Notes: generated by a model not told the origin, from the sequence alone. Shown: positions 49,696-60,546, numbered from the stretch's first letter. The stretch: 64,000 nucleotides of DNA from an uncultured Alphaproteobacteria bacterium (GCA_944390885.1 CALXRP010000002.1:44936-108935), one strand, 5' to 3'. Numbers and translations: made by a program.

Positions 49696-51477
49696 ATGAA
49701 AAAAATCTTATCAGGATTAACGGCCTTTTTCATTGCCGCAGGAACAGCTCAAGCCCAAACGGCTTCAACTTATCCGTCATTTGCCGATTTGGTAGAAAAA
49801 CTTTCTCCTTCCGTCGTTAATATCTCAACCACCCAGAAACCGGAAAATCTGGAAGGAGGAGATATTATCAGCTTAAAAAACCTGCCGGGTAGCGATGGAC
49901 AGATTTCTCCCCTCGGACAAGAGCATTACGCCCTTGGCTCCGGTTTTTTGGTCGATGAAGAAGGCTACATTCTGACCAACGGACACGTCATTGACCACGC
50001 CTCAAGTATTAATGTCATTTTAGCCGATAATTCACAGCACCAGGCCAAGGTAATCGGAACAGACAGCAAAACAGACCTGGCTCTCATAAAGATTGATACC
50101 GACAAAAAACTTATCCCTGCCCGCCTGGGAGATTCGGATAAAATTCGCGTCGGAGATTGGATTTTGGCAATCGGCAACCCGTTCGGTCTTGGCGGAAGCG
50201 TAACCGCGGGCATCGTTTCTGCCAAATCACGTGATATTGAATCCGGCCCTTATGACAATTATATCCAAACAGATGCCTCCATAAATCAGGGAAATTCCGG
50301 CGGGCCGATGTTTAACCTTGACGGCGACGTCATCGGTATTAACACCGCAATTTTTTCAACGACCGGCGGAAATATGGGAATAAGCTTTGCAATTCCTGTT
50401 AATAATGCCAAATTCGTCATTAAAGAGCTGAAAAAATCCGGCACGGTAAACCGTGGCTGGATTGGGGTCAGAGTTCTTCCGCAAATGATGGAAAATAATT
50501 CTATTGCCAACATCCCGACAGGAATTCAGGTATCCTCGGTTTCAGAAAATTCTCCGGCAGCGGAGGCTGGCATTCAAGCAGGCGATATTATCACGGCTCT
50601 CAATGGTAATCCGGCCGAAAGCGCACAAATCTTCTCCCGTTTGGTTTCAGAAAGTGCCATTGACAGTACCATAACTTTGAATATCTGGAGAGGAGGACAA
50701 TTTCAAACATTAGATATCAAGGTAAAAGCCATGCCGCAGACTTCAGATAATCAAACCGGTAATCAGACGGCTAATATAACAGCCGCACCGGAAGAGATCC
50801 CGTCTGCAACGATAGAAACGGCTCCATCGGGAGAAACTCCCGCTTCAGAAGGACAAAAACTGAGCGAAATTCTTAACGAAGCTGTAAACCCGCAGTCCGA
50901 AGGACAACAACAGGCACCTCAACCGGCTTCGCCGGAAAACAGCGCTGCGCAATCGGCAGCTGAAGTTGATCAAACGCCGGCAGCCCCATTAACATCTTCA
51001 ACGCCTTCAACGCCGACAGCGCCTTCAACGCCGACAGCGCAAGCAGACGCACCTGCCGCCTCTCAGCCGACAGAAACCGCAAATACACCGAGCACGGAAT
51101 CTCCGGAAAAAGATAATTTTGACATCAATACTATCGCTCCGGAAATTGCACCGGCAGATGTAACGGAAAAAGCTTCTTACACGATTCCCGGAAGCGGAAT
51201 GATGGTTCGGAACATCACGATTCAGGACATTAACGAGATGGATATTAAGGCCGATACCATGGGCGTTATTGTCGTTTCTACCTTGCCCAACAGCGAAGCT
51301 GCCGTCAAAGGAATTCGTCCGGGACTGGTCATCACCAAAATAAACAAACGCAATATTTACAACACAGACAGTGCCAAAAGCGCTATCTATGATAAAACAG
51401 ATGATAACCTGTATACATTTACGGTTCAGGATGGAGAAAACATTAATAATGTAACCTTGAAAATGAAGATAAAATAA
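49696..51477 (+). CDS. degP: DegP/Do family periplasmic serine protease
   Basis: GSGF, TNGHV, DLAL, GNPFGL, QTDASINQGNSGGP; PDZ domains. Confidence 0.92.
   Translation: MKKILSGLTAFFIAAGTAQAQTASTYPSFADLVEKLSPSVVNISTTQKPENLEGGDIISLKNLPGSDGQISPLGQEHYALGSGFLVDEEGYILTNGHVIDHASSINVILADNSQHQAKVIGTDSKTDLALIKIDTDKKLIPARLGDSDKIRVGDWILAIGNPFGLGGSVTAGIVSAKSRDIESGPYDNYIQTDASINQGNSGGPMFNLDGDVIGINTAIFSTTGGNMGISFAIPVNNAKFVIKELKKSGTVNRGWIGVRVLPQMMENNSIANIPTGIQVSSVSENSPAAEAGIQAGDIITALNGNPAESAQIFSRLVSESAIDSTITLNIWRGGQFQTLDIKVKAMPQTSDNQTGNQTANITAAPEEIPSATIETAPSGETPASEGQKLSEILNEAVNPQSEGQQQAPQPASPENSAAQSAAEVDQTPAAPLTSSTPSTPTAPSTPTAQADAPAASQPTETANTPSTESPEKDNFDINTIAPEIAPADVTEKASYTIPGSGMMVRNITIQDINEMDIKADTMGVIVVSTLPNSEAAVKGIRPGLVITKINKRNIYNTDSAKSAIYDKTDDNLYTFTVQDGENINNVTLKMKIK
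51004..51039 (+). repeat. 18-bp in-frame tandem duplication in the DegP linker
   Basis: CCTTCAACGCCGACAGCG x2 (PSTPTA x2). Confidence 0.85.
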
Positions 51478-51926
51478 TGCAGGTAGATTTTTATCACCTT
51501 CAAACCCAGACATTAGAAGAGGTTTTACCCAAACTGTTGGAAAAAGCTTACGCTGCCGGGAAAAATACGGTTGTAAAAGTCGGAACTTCTGAACGTGTAG
51601 AATTCTTAAGCTCCCATCTCTGGACTTATGACGACACATCTTTTCTGCCGCACGGAACCCGAAAAGACGGAAACGGTGAAATGCAGCCGATTTGGCTGAC
51701 ATCCGGTGAAGACATCCCTAACGGGGCATCTTTTTTGTTCTTGGTAGACGGAGCACAAGTCGAACCAGACCGATTGGAAAACATTGAAAGAATATTCAAT
51801 ATCTTTGACGGAAATTCGGCAGATGCCGTAAATCAAGCCCGACATTTTTGGAAAACGCTAAAAGAAACAAACCACACACTGTCTTATTGGCAGCAGGAAA
51901 ACGGCCGTTGGATAAAAAAGGCATAA
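51477..51926 (+). CDS. holC: DNA polymerase III chi subunit
   Basis: VDFYHL, LPKLLEK, LWTY...SFLPHG, QPIWLT, AR..W, YWQQ..G.W. Confidence 0.95.
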   Translation: MQVDFYHLQTQTLEEVLPKLLEKAYAAGKNTVVKVGTSERVEFLSSHLWTYDDTSFLPHGTRKDGNGEMQPIWLTSGEDIPNGASFLFLVDGAQVEPDRLENIERIFNIFDGNSADAVNQARHFWKTLKETNHTLSYWQQENGRWIKKA

Positions 51927-51955
51927 AAAATCCTGCCGGCAGCAGGATTTTTTAT
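51923..51955. terminator. bidirectional terminator
   Basis: ATAAAAAATCCTGC...GCAGGATTTTTTAT. Confidence 0.85.
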
Positions 51956-51968
51956 GTACATTTCAGCA

Positions 51969-52856
51969 TCAAACCAAAATATTATCCAAAACCTCACGAC
52001 AATACGCTCGCAAATCCGGATTTTTCATTAAACTCAATTTCAAATTAGATTTGGCCAATTCCTCATTGCACCCACAGTCAAAACGCAAGGCATCACATAA
52101 AACCCCCGTCAGTTTCATCCCTCGTGTTGCAGCCAAACCCAAAGCATCTGCCAGATTAATTTCGCCGTTATTACCTTTTCTGACTTCCGGCAAAACATCC
52201 ATAATCTCATTCGGCAAAATATATGGCCCCATACTGGCATAATTTGAAGGAACTTCTTCCAACCGCGGCTTTTCTATCATTCCTTGGGCATGAACAATCC
52301 GCCCGTCTCTGACAGCCCCGATCAAAGCGCCGTAAAGAACCATTTTTTCCTTCGGAAATTCCATAATATTCTCAACAATTCCGCCCAAATTGTCATAAAC
52401 ATCAAGCAACTGTGCCAAAATTCCTTTTCCGTGCATGCTAACATACACATCATCCGGCCACATAACCACAAAATCACGCTTTCCGACAATCTCTTTAGCC
52501 ATCAAAACGGCATGCCCGTTTCCCCTCGGTTCAGATTGTTCGGCAAAAGAAAACTTCATCCCTTCGGGAATAATGCTCTCAAGAGCTTTAAGGGCATCTA
52601 ACTTTCCTTTTTGGCGCAAATGGTTTTCCAGCCAAGGATAGGGCGAAAAATGAGTTTCAAACAAATGCTTGCAAGATTGATCGCTGTAAATGAAAATAAT
52701 CTCTTTTATGCCAATCTCGGCACAAGCCTCAACAGCATATTGAATAATAGGCTTGCCGTTTAACGTCAAAAAACCCTTATGCAGAGCTTTTGTCGCCGGC
52801 AGATTACGGGTCGACAAACCAGCCACGGGCAAAATACAAACTTCCGGTCTGCGCAT
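51969..52856 (-). CDS. galU: UTP--glucose-1-phosphate uridylyltransferase
   Basis: PVAGLSTRNLPATKA, KPIIQYAVE, Q.EPRGNGHAV, EKP, GEINLADA, RFDCG. Confidence 0.85.
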   Translation of the reverse strand: MRRPEVCILPVAGLSTRNLPATKALHKGFLTLNGKPIIQYAVEACAEIGIKEIIFIYSDQSCKHLFETHFSPYPWLENHLRQKGKLDALKALESIIPEGMKFSFAEQSEPRGNGHAVLMAKEIVGKRDFVVMWPDDVYVSMHGKGILAQLLDVYDNLGGIVENIMEFPKEKMVLYGALIGAVRDGRIVHAQGMIEKPRLEEVPSNYASMGPYILPNEIMDVLPEVRKGNNGEINLADALGLAATRGMKLTGVLCDALRFDCGCNEELAKSNLKLSLMKNPDLRAYCREVLDNILV

Positions 52857-52937
52857 GATCTACTCCTCATAATAATGTTAAATTATATGAGAAAAATATA
52901 ACACAAAAAAACGTTTCTACAAGTACTATTTGTTCGA

Positions 52938-55900
52938 TTATTTCTTCCGAATAATCCCGCTTGCTTTTGTAATCGTCCCACTTGTTTTTCTCAAAAATCC
53001 GCCTTCCTGCTTTTGTGTAGAATTTTGAGATTTTTGTTCGGCTTCCGACTCTCTGTCCTCACGAACAACAACATTCTGCGGTTTCTTTTTATCTGAAAAA
53101 TCCAAAACCTTAACAGCTTCCTTCTGTTGCAGGGCCTCCGACTTTTCAATATCCTCAATATCGCGAACAACGGTTCTCGTCAGTTTTTTTCCGTCTTCTT
53201 TAACCGAAATCTTACCGATATTTTCTGCAACTTTCCGTTTGATTTCAGCCTCTCTTTTGGCCTTGTTAAAACGGTCTTCCTCTCCGCCGACTTTTTCCTC
53301 GGTATATTTCATATATTCTTCACTATCCTGACTAAGTTTTTGCAAATCACTTTCCATTTTTTCAACAATCTGTGTTCCGCTTTCCAAATAGCCGCTTAAT
53401 TTATCCGCATCATCTGTAGACTTCATGTTCAAATAATCATGAGAAATCTGCTCATTGGCTTCCACTATTTTAACCAAAAGCTCTTCCACACTTTTTTTCA
53501 GCTCGCCGACTTTCTGATCCCCTGCCAGTTCATAAACCGTCGTAATCCGTTTGAGTCTTTTTTCCAAGTCGGAATCTTTATCCCGAAAAGCCTGAACATT
53601 ATTTTGTGCCTGAGACTTGATTTCTGCAGCTTTATCATAATTCTGACCAATTTGATATTTCAAATCCTCAATATGCAGCCGCAAAATTTCCGTTCTGAAA
53701 ACACTCAGTTTGTCAATAACCGTCTTAAGTTTGTCTTCAGCCTGTTTAATAACATTATCATCATATTTTGGTGTCAATGCCAAAGTAGAAATTTCTGCCA
53801 TTATTTTTTGAATCTCATCGACCTCAGTCCCCATTTTCTGATAACGGTCAACAATTTCTGCTTTTTGGGCCTGCTCAAGAAATTGCTGATATTCTCGGTT
53901 AATTTTATAAAAATTTCCTTCAAAAAGCTTCAGCATATCCAGCTGTTTTTGCATTTTTTCCTTCAACGCATCCATAATAGCCTGTTCTCGGGCGCGACGA
54001 GCCTCAGCAATCTTATTCTGCTCGGCATCATACTTATCGGTAAGCGGGGAAAGATTAAGTTCAAGCATCGGATCGCTGAGCGTCCCGGACCAACGAAAAC
54101 CGAATACCGGCAAATTCCCCGGATTGTTAACTTTAATATCAAAAACCGAAACACTTTCCCATTCCGGCAAACTTCCCGACGTTCCGAGAGACATTGAAAA
54201 ATCCGTACCCGCTAAGTAAATATCTTTTGCTTCAAAATTTCCGCCTTTAAAAATCAGGGTTCCGTCCACTTTCTTCAAAGGGGTTGTTCCGCTTTCCAAA
54301 TTTTGTTTAACCAACCCGGCCAAACCGTCTGAAATTTTCCGTTGTCTTAAATCCGCAATAATAGGGGCAATATTCCATCCGCGAAATTTTGTATCCAAAA
54401 TTGAAAAACTTGCTTCACCGTTTAACCCGGATAAAATAGAAGCCTCTGATTCGGCAGGCGCTTCAATCACGGTCTGTCCGCTCATAAGACCGCCTTCAAA
54501 ACCATATTTTTGCCCAACGGCACCAACATCTTCCATAGACAAGTTCTGCACATCAAAATTTGCCGAAATCATAACCGGCATCGTCGCCGTTGCCAGTTTA
54601 ATTCCGCCGCGGATCTCCGCATTTTTATAAACAGTCTGAACATCATTAAAACTCAAATTTCCCATATCAAAAATTACAGTTCCCTTTAAGTTGTCAAAAG
54701 ATGTTTTACGATAAATAAACTTGGCAATTTCAAGCGACATATTCAAATCAAAACGATTATAAAACTCATAATTAATTTTTTCTGTACTGGGCTGAGGTTT
54801 AGGTAAAAATGCAGCCTTTGCGTTTCCGGCCTTCAAAAAGCTGAGTTGTTCACCGGCAGATTTAACATTACTTCCGTAAAAATACCGTTCAAACTCCAAT
54901 TGATTAACATTTAACTGGCCGGTGACTTTCGGACGCCCCTGCGTATTGTCATAAGTCAGGCTTCCGCTAAACACATCCTGGCCGATAACGGCTTTTCCGT
55001 TGCTTATAAAAAGACGCTTTTTCCCGGCTTCCAAGCTTCCGTCCAAAGAAAACACACCAAGAGAGTAAACATTCGGTTTATAATTAACACCCCAGTCATT
55101 CAACATTTGCACAAAATCCGGATTTTTCAGCTTAATCTCTCCGCTGAACAATTTTTGCTCATCTTTTCTGTTCACACGGCCATTAAACTCCCCGTCCGTC
55201 TTTCCGATTTTAAACGTATTTTGCAAAGAAAAATCTTCCTGATTTCCATGAATTTTTCCGCGTGAAGAAAATGTCTTGATAACCTCGGGATTCAACCCGG
55301 GAACAGAAATCTCCAGCCAATTCAGGGGCGAGGCAAGCTTCTGCGTTTCAAATTCATAGCTCACGGTATCAAAATCAAGGTTCTGTCCGCCAAAACCGCT
55401 GATTTTTCCGGTCAGATTAACTTTCGAATTCAAAAGACTGCCGATACTAAAATTTTTTACATCAAGGATTCCGCCGTTCAAGCTTCCGTTAAACTGAACA
55501 TTTTCAAACGGAACACCGCCATAAATCATCAGTCCCGCCTTGCTCATAAAATGAATTTCATACCCGTTATAAGCAGCCAGCTTATCCAAAAGATATTTTA
55601 GTTTTTGATCAAGAGAAGCCGTTGACAATTCCGCCGGCAATGGCGCCAGATAATTGTCAAAACTGATACTGTCAGCCTCAACAATGGCAAATATTTGTTT
55701 TTTATCATCTTTTAAAGCACCGCCCAAACTGCCTTTAAAAACCGTATTATCAAAAGAAGCCTCAAACGGAGAAAGTTTAATTTGTGCATTATTCCCCGTA
55801 ACTGTTGCCTGTGCTGAAAATTTCTTATAAGTCGAAGCAGCTCTGACTTCCGGCTTATATCCAAGCCAATTCAAAATCATATCCAGATTTTCGGTTGCCG

Positions 55901-57233
55901 TCCCGACCTCAAAACGATAAGTCAGCAGTTTCTTCTCATCGGGAAAAATCTCTCCTTTGCTTTCCAAGGCTGTTTCACCGGGCAAAACCATATTCAATCG
56001 ATTAATTTCTATTTTTCCGGGAATAATATCAAAGCTCAAATCCACATTTTTCACATTTTGCTGCCGGTAGTTCCCCTTAACGGCTTTAATATCGGCAATA
56101 ACATCCCACACCGGATTCAGCTCAAATTTTTCGCCTTTAAAATATTTTCCGCCGCAATCTTTAAGAAATTCCTCCGCCAGATCCAGATCAACATCCGTCA
56201 TATTAAAAGCCATCTCGACTTTTCGGCGTTCTTCCTTATCTTTCTGGTTCCAGTCCGTCACTTCCTGAAGACGAGGAATAATAACATTTCCGGCAGCTGC
56301 GGTTTTCCCGTATTTAACAACCAAATCACTAAATTCAAGCTTGTCTTTATCCAAAGTCACAGCCGTGGAAAGAGAAAGCGGAAAATCATATTTCTTATCC
56401 AGCTTAAAATCTTTGCTGTTGGCATTTATATATTCGACCAATTTTTGAGTATCAAAAATAAAACTTCCTTTAACGCTCTCGTTTTTAAACAAAACAGAAC
56501 CGTCAAACCGATAAATTGTTCCAAGCTGCGGATTATTAAAAACAAAATTAAGTGTTGTATTAAAATCGTCTGACAAACGCCCCATTTCGATTGAAAAACC
56601 TTCCGGCATATTGTTTTTAATATAGCTTCCGTCAATTTTATACGGGCCGAACAAAGTCTGCGCAATAACCTCGGCATTCAGATTGGTAAATCTCCAGTCA
56701 ATTTCCCGCAGTTTATCAATATAGTCAATCTCGGCATTTTCCAAAGTAACACTTTCTAATGTCACCGGAGTATCCTGCAACTCCCGTTTTTGTGCCTCCG
56801 TCAAATCCGATTTCCAATTTTGGGTACCGTCTTCAAAAACCTCAATCCGCAAAACCGGATTCGTCACCGACATCCGCGTTACCTTAAATTCGCCTTTAAT
56901 AAACGGAAGCAAATCAAGCCTGGCCACAATTTTCGCCGCACTGGCCAACGGTTCGGAAATCTGTTTATCCTGACTAAAAATTTTAACATCCTGAACCATA
57001 AAATTCGGAGAAGGAAAAATAGAAAGCGACAGCGGACCGGCAATAACAACATTTTTACCGGTTTTTTGGGATATTTCAGCGGCAATTTTCGCCTTATGCT
57101 CATTCCAGTCGATCGAGGTAATATAAAAAAATCCCCCTGCAATCGCCAGCAGCACAACGCCTATGCCGATCAGCCACCACTTTCTCACGTTAATTATCCC
57201 CCTTCCGGTATAAAAATCTTTCTGATAAGACAA
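52938..57233 (-). CDS. AsmA family protein with long C-terminal coiled-coil extension
   Basis: N-terminal TM plus IDWN..K..I...I..KTG..V.I.G.LSLSIFPSP; beta-rich body; ~330-aa charged helical tail. Confidence 0.85.
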   Translation of the reverse strand: MSYQKDFYTGRGIINVRKWWLIGIGVVLLAIAGGFFYITSIDWNEHKAKIAAEISQKTGKNVVIAGPLSLSIFPSPNFMVQDVKIFSQDKQISEPLASAAKIVARLDLLPFIKGEFKVTRMSVTNPVLRIEVFEDGTQNWKSDLTEAQKRELQDTPVTLESVTLENAEIDYIDKLREIDWRFTNLNAEVIAQTLFGPYKIDGSYIKNNMPEGFSIEMGRLSDDFNTTLNFVFNNPQLGTIYRFDGSVLFKNESVKGSFIFDTQKLVEYINANSKDFKLDKKYDFPLSLSTAVTLDKDKLEFSDLVVKYGKTAAAGNVIIPRLQEVTDWNQKDKEERRKVEMAFNMTDVDLDLAEEFLKDCGGKYFKGEKFELNPVWDVIADIKAVKGNYRQQNVKNVDLSFDIIPGKIEINRLNMVLPGETALESKGEIFPDEKKLLTYRFEVGTATENLDMILNWLGYKPEVRAASTYKKFSAQATVTGNNAQIKLSPFEASFDNTVFKGSLGGALKDDKKQIFAIVEADSISFDNYLAPLPAELSTASLDQKLKYLLDKLAAYNGYEIHFMSKAGLMIYGGVPFENVQFNGSLNGGILDVKNFSIGSLLNSKVNLTGKISGFGGQNLDFDTVSYEFETQKLASPLNWLEISVPGLNPEVIKTFSSRGKIHGNQEDFSLQNTFKIGKTDGEFNGRVNRKDEQKLFSGEIKLKNPDFVQMLNDWGVNYKPNVYSLGVFSLDGSLEAGKKRLFISNGKAVIGQDVFSGSLTYDNTQGRPKVTGQLNVNQLEFERYFYGSNVKSAGEQLSFLKAGNAKAAFLPKPQPSTEKINYEFYNRFDLNMSLEIAKFIYRKTSFDNLKGTVIFDMGNLSFNDVQTVYKNAEIRGGIKLATATMPVMISANFDVQNLSMEDVGAVGQKYGFEGGLMSGQTVIEAPAESEASILSGLNGEASFSILDTKFRGWNIAPIIADLRQRKISDGLAGLVKQNLESGTTPLKKVDGTLIFKGGNFEAKDIYLAGTDFSMSLGTSGSLPEWESVSVFDIKVNNPGNLPVFGFRWSGTLSDPMLELNLSPLTDKYDAEQNKIAEARRAREQAIMDALKEKMQKQLDMLKLFEGNFYKINREYQQFLEQAQKAEIVDRYQKMGTEVDEIQKIMAEISTLALTPKYDDNVIKQAEDKLKTVIDKLSVFRTEILRLHIEDLKYQIGQNYDKAAEIKSQAQNNVQAFRDKDSDLEKRLKRITTVYELAGDQKVGELKKSVEELLVKIVEANEQISHDYLNMKSTDDADKLSGYLESGTQIVEKMESDLQKLSQDSEEYMKYTEEKVGGEEDRFNKAKREAEIKRKVAENIGKISVKEDGKKLTRTVVRDIEDIEKSEALQQKEAVKVLDFSDKKKPQNVVVREDRESEAEQKSQNSTQKQEGGFLRKTSGTITKASGIIRKK

Positions 57234-57290
57234 TTTTAATTATCTTATCTTAACATGCAAGTATTAATAAAACTTTTAAGGCCTAGCAAG

Positions 57291-57692
57291 ATGAACAAAA
57301 CAGACAAACTTCTTACCGCTGCCGCACATGCCAGACAACAAGCCTATGCCCCTTATTCGGACTTCTCCGTCGGAGCAGCCGTACTCGGAAATAACGGAAA
57401 AATTTATGCCGGGGCAAATGTTGAAAATATCTCCTACCCCTGCGGCACCTGTGCGGAACAATCCGCAATCGCCGCCATGATTGCCGACGGCTGCCGGGAA
57501 ATTTCCGAGATTCTGATTATTGCCGAGACTAAAGACCCCATAACCCCTTGCGGCGCCTGCCTGCAACGCATAAAAGAATTCTCCGGTTCTCAAACCATCG
57601 TACATCTGGCCAATCTGACTGGAATTGTCAAGAGTTTAAATTTTAACGAGTTTCTGCCTCTGACATTTAACAACATGGAAGTAAAAAAATGA
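57291..57692 (+). CDS. cdd: cytidine deaminase (homotetrameric type)
   Basis: AYAPYS.F.VGAA, GANVEN.SY, CAEQSA, PCGAC.Q. Confidence 0.95.
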   Translation: MNKTDKLLTAAAHARQQAYAPYSDFSVGAAVLGNNGKIYAGANVENISYPCGTCAEQSAIAAMIADGCREISEILIIAETKDPITPCGACLQRIKEFSGSQTIVHLANLTGIVKSLNFNEFLPLTFNNMEVKK

Positions 57693-58507
57693 TAGAAGAT
57701 ATTGCCCGCCAAATCCGTGAAAAAATCCCCGGTCATCACCCGCAAACAGCCATCATCCTGGGCAGCGGGCTCGGAAGTCTCGGTGACGCGATTAACAACG
57801 CCGTCCATATTGATTACCGAGAAATCTCCGGTTTTCCGCAAAGCACCGTCAGCGGACACCGGGGCAAACTGATTATCGGCAACTTGGAAGGAGCCGAAGT
57901 CATTTGCCTGCAAGGCCGCTTTCATCTGTATGAAGGCCATCCTCCCCAAGTCATCAACACGGTTATCAAAACCCTCTGGGAACTTGGCATCAGACGCCTG
58001 ATTGTTACCAACGCTGCAGGCTCCCTGACACCGGATTTTCAACCGGGAACAATAATGCTCATCAAAGACCATATCAACTTAAGCGGAACCAATCCGCTTA
58101 TCGGCCCGAACAATGACAAATACGGTCCGCGTTTTCCCGATATGAGCAATGCCTACACGGCCATTCTTCGCGAAAAAATCAAAAAAATCGCAAAAGACAT
58201 AAACATCCCGCTTGCGGAAGGCGTCTATATGATGGTAACCGGACCAAACTTTGAAACCGCTGCGGAAATTCGGGCTTTCCGCACACTCGGTGCTGATGCA
58301 ATCGGCATGTCAACAGTTCCAGAAGTCATCTGCGCAGCTCATTCCGGTATGCAGGTTTTGGGACTTTCCGTCCTGACCAACATGGGAACCGGATTACGGC
58401 AAGGGGAGCAAAGCCATGCCGAAACGCTTGCTCAGGGAGAAAAGGCTTCCGCCGCCCTGCAAAAACTGATCAAAACTTTTCTGCAACGGGAGAAATATAA
58501 TGGATGA
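57689..58507 (+). CDS. purine-nucleoside phosphorylase (trimeric PunA/XapA type)
   Basis: ILGSGLG, GRFHLYEG, TNAAG, GPRFPDM, GPNFET.AE, GMSTVPE. Confidence 0.95.
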   Translation: MIEDIARQIREKIPGHHPQTAIILGSGLGSLGDAINNAVHIDYREISGFPQSTVSGHRGKLIIGNLEGAEVICLQGRFHLYEGHPPQVINTVIKTLWELGIRRLIVTNAAGSLTPDFQPGTIMLIKDHINLSGTNPLIGPNNDKYGPRFPDMSNAYTAILREKIKKIAKDINIPLAEGVYMMVTGPNFETAAEIRAFRTLGADAIGMSTVPEVICAAHSGMQVLGLSVLTNMGTGLRQGEQSHAETLAQGEKASAALQKLIKTFLQREKYNG

Positions 58508-59237
58508 CGTAACGGCTGCCGAAATCTTAATCCAATGCCTCGATCTGACTTCCCTTAATGACAATGACACAACCCAAAGCATCATCGATCTTTGCCGGCG
58601 TGCCCAAACACCGTTTGGCAACGTTGCCGCCGTCTGTGTCTATCCGCAGTTTGTCGGTATCGCCCGGGAACATTTGCGCCATACCGACATCAAAGTTGCC
58701 ACTGTCATCAATTTTCCCGGCGGCAGCCTCGATCTCGAAAAAACACAAAGTGCCATAACAACGGCCGTTGTCAAAGGCGCCGATGAAATCGATCTGGTTT
58801 TTCCCTATAAAGAATTCCTTGCCGGGCAAAAAACCGAATGCGGCCTTTTCATCAAAAAAGTCAAAGAACACCTTGGCAAAAAAACACTTCTCAAAGTTAT
58901 TTTGGAAACCGGCGAATTAGAACATGCCTCGACCATTTCCGAAGCAACCAAACTATGCATCCAAAACGGAGCTGATTTTATCAAAACCTCAACCGGAAAA
59001 ACCAAAATTTCCGCCACACCGGAAGCGGCAAACGTCATCTTGGAAACCATAGCCTCCGGCCGCAAAAATGCCGGATTTAAAGCCAGCGGCGGTATCCGAA
59101 CGATTGACGACGCAAAAAAATACCTTGTTCTTGCCGTTTCAATAATGGGAGGAAAATGGCTGACGTCCAAAAATTTTCGCATCGGCGCCAGCTCTCTTTT
59201 AGATAATCTGATTGAAGTCATTAACCGGGGATATTAA
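58500..59237 (+). CDS. deoC: deoxyribose-phosphate aldolase
   Basis: DLTSL, ATVINFP.G, GADEIDLV, KVILETG, FIKTSTGK, FKASGGIR, RIGASSL. Confidence 0.97.
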   Translation: MDDVTAAEILIQCLDLTSLNDNDTTQSIIDLCRRAQTPFGNVAAVCVYPQFVGIAREHLRHTDIKVATVINFPGGSLDLEKTQSAITTAVVKGADEIDLVFPYKEFLAGQKTECGLFIKKVKEHLGKKTLLKVILETGELEHASTISEATKLCIQNGADFIKTSTGKTKISATPEAANVILETIASGRKNAGFKASGGIRTIDDAKKYLVLAVSIMGGKWLTSKNFRIGASSLLDNLIEVINRGY

Positions 59238-59238
59238 T

Positions 59239-60546
59239 ATGCTGCCACAGGAAATTATTCGCAAAAAACGCGACCACCAAAATTTAACAACAGAAGAAAT
59301 AAGCTTTTTCATCAACGGGATAACCTCGGGAGAAATTGCCGACTGCCAAACCGCCGCCCTGACAATGGCAATCTTTTTAAACGGTTTTTCCAAAGAAGAA
59401 ACCGCCGCTTTAACATTAAACATGCGCGATTCCGGCGATGTTCTGAATTGGCAGCTTAACGGACCGATTGTAGACAAGCATTCTTCCGGCGGAGTCGGCG
59501 ACAAAATAAGCCTGATGCTCGCACCGATGATCGCAGCCTGCGGCGGCTATGTTCCGATGATTTCCGGCCGTGGTCTCGGACACACCGGCGGCACGTTAGA
59601 CAAATTCGATTCCATTCCCGGATACAAAACCGTCCCTGACAATGAGCTTTTCAAAAAAACCGTTCAAGAAGTCGGTTGTGCTATCATCGGACAAACCGGA
59701 AACCTGGCCCCGGCAGACAAAAAGATTTATGCAATTCGCGACGTTTGCGGCACAGTTGAATCCATTCCGCTGATAACGGCTTCCATCCTCTCCAAAAAAC
59801 TTGCTGCCGGATTGGACTACTTGGTTATGGACTTAAAATGCGGCAACGGCGCTTTCATGCCTTCGCTGGAAGACGGCAGAAAACTCGCCCGCTCAATTGT
59901 TGAAGTCGCCAATCATGCCGGCACAAAAACCACGGCCTTGCTGACCGACATGAATCAAGTACTCGGTCATTCTGCCGGAAACGCAGTGGAAATGGCTGAA
60001 GCAGTTGAATATCTGCAAGGCAAAAACACAGATCCGCGCCTGCACCGAATTACAATAGAACTCTGCGCCGAACTTCTGACAAACGCAAACTTGTCCTCAA
60101 ACCTTCCGGAAGCCCGAAGCAAGTTGGAAAAAGCTCTTTCCTCCGGCAAAGCTTTAGAAATTTTCGCCCGCATGGTCAAAGCTCTGGGCGGCCCGGCAGA
60201 TTTTGTTGAAAAATATAACGACTACTTGCCTAAAGCAGCAATTATACGCCCGGTTTTTGCCGACCGGAAAGGATATGTTGCAGAAATGAATACCCGCCAG
60301 ATCGGTTTAAGCATTATCAGCTTGAAAGGCGGAAGATCACACCCGGAACAAAAACTCGACTATGCCACCGGCTTCAGCCATTTTTGCCAAATCGGCGAAT
60401 ACATTGATTCTCAAAAACCGCTGGCTTTCATCCATGCTCAGACGGAAGAACAATTTACCCAAGCCCGAACTGAATTGTTAAAAAACATCAAAATCACCGA
60501 AACCGCCCCGCAAATTACTGATCCGATAATCGAAAAAATATCTTAA
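59239..60546 (+). CDS. deoA: thymidine phosphorylase
   Basis: MLPQEIIRKKRD, DKHSSGGVGD, SGRGLGHTGGTLDK, SILSKK. Confidence 0.96.
   Translation: MLPQEIIRKKRDHQNLTTEEISFFINGITSGEIADCQTAALTMAIFLNGFSKEETAALTLNMRDSGDVLNWQLNGPIVDKHSSGGVGDKISLMLAPMIAACGGYVPMISGRGLGHTGGTLDKFDSIPGYKTVPDNELFKKTVQEVGCAIIGQTGNLAPADKKIYAIRDVCGTVESIPLITASILSKKLAAGLDYLVMDLKCGNGAFMPSLEDGRKLARSIVEVANHAGTKTTALLTDMNQVLGHSAGNAVEMAEAVEYLQGKNTDPRLHRITIELCAELLTNANLSSNLPEARSKLEKALSSGKALEIFARMVKALGGPADFVEKYNDYLPKAAIIRPVFADRKGYVAEMNTRQIGLSIISLKGGRSHPEQKLDYATGFSHFCQIGEYIDSQKPLAFIHAQTEEQFTQARTELLKNIKITETAPQITDPIIEKIS

Noticed and set aside
57291-60546. Nucleoside catabolism operon lacking deoB
   Set aside because: Ordinary variation; deoB may lie elsewhere in the genome
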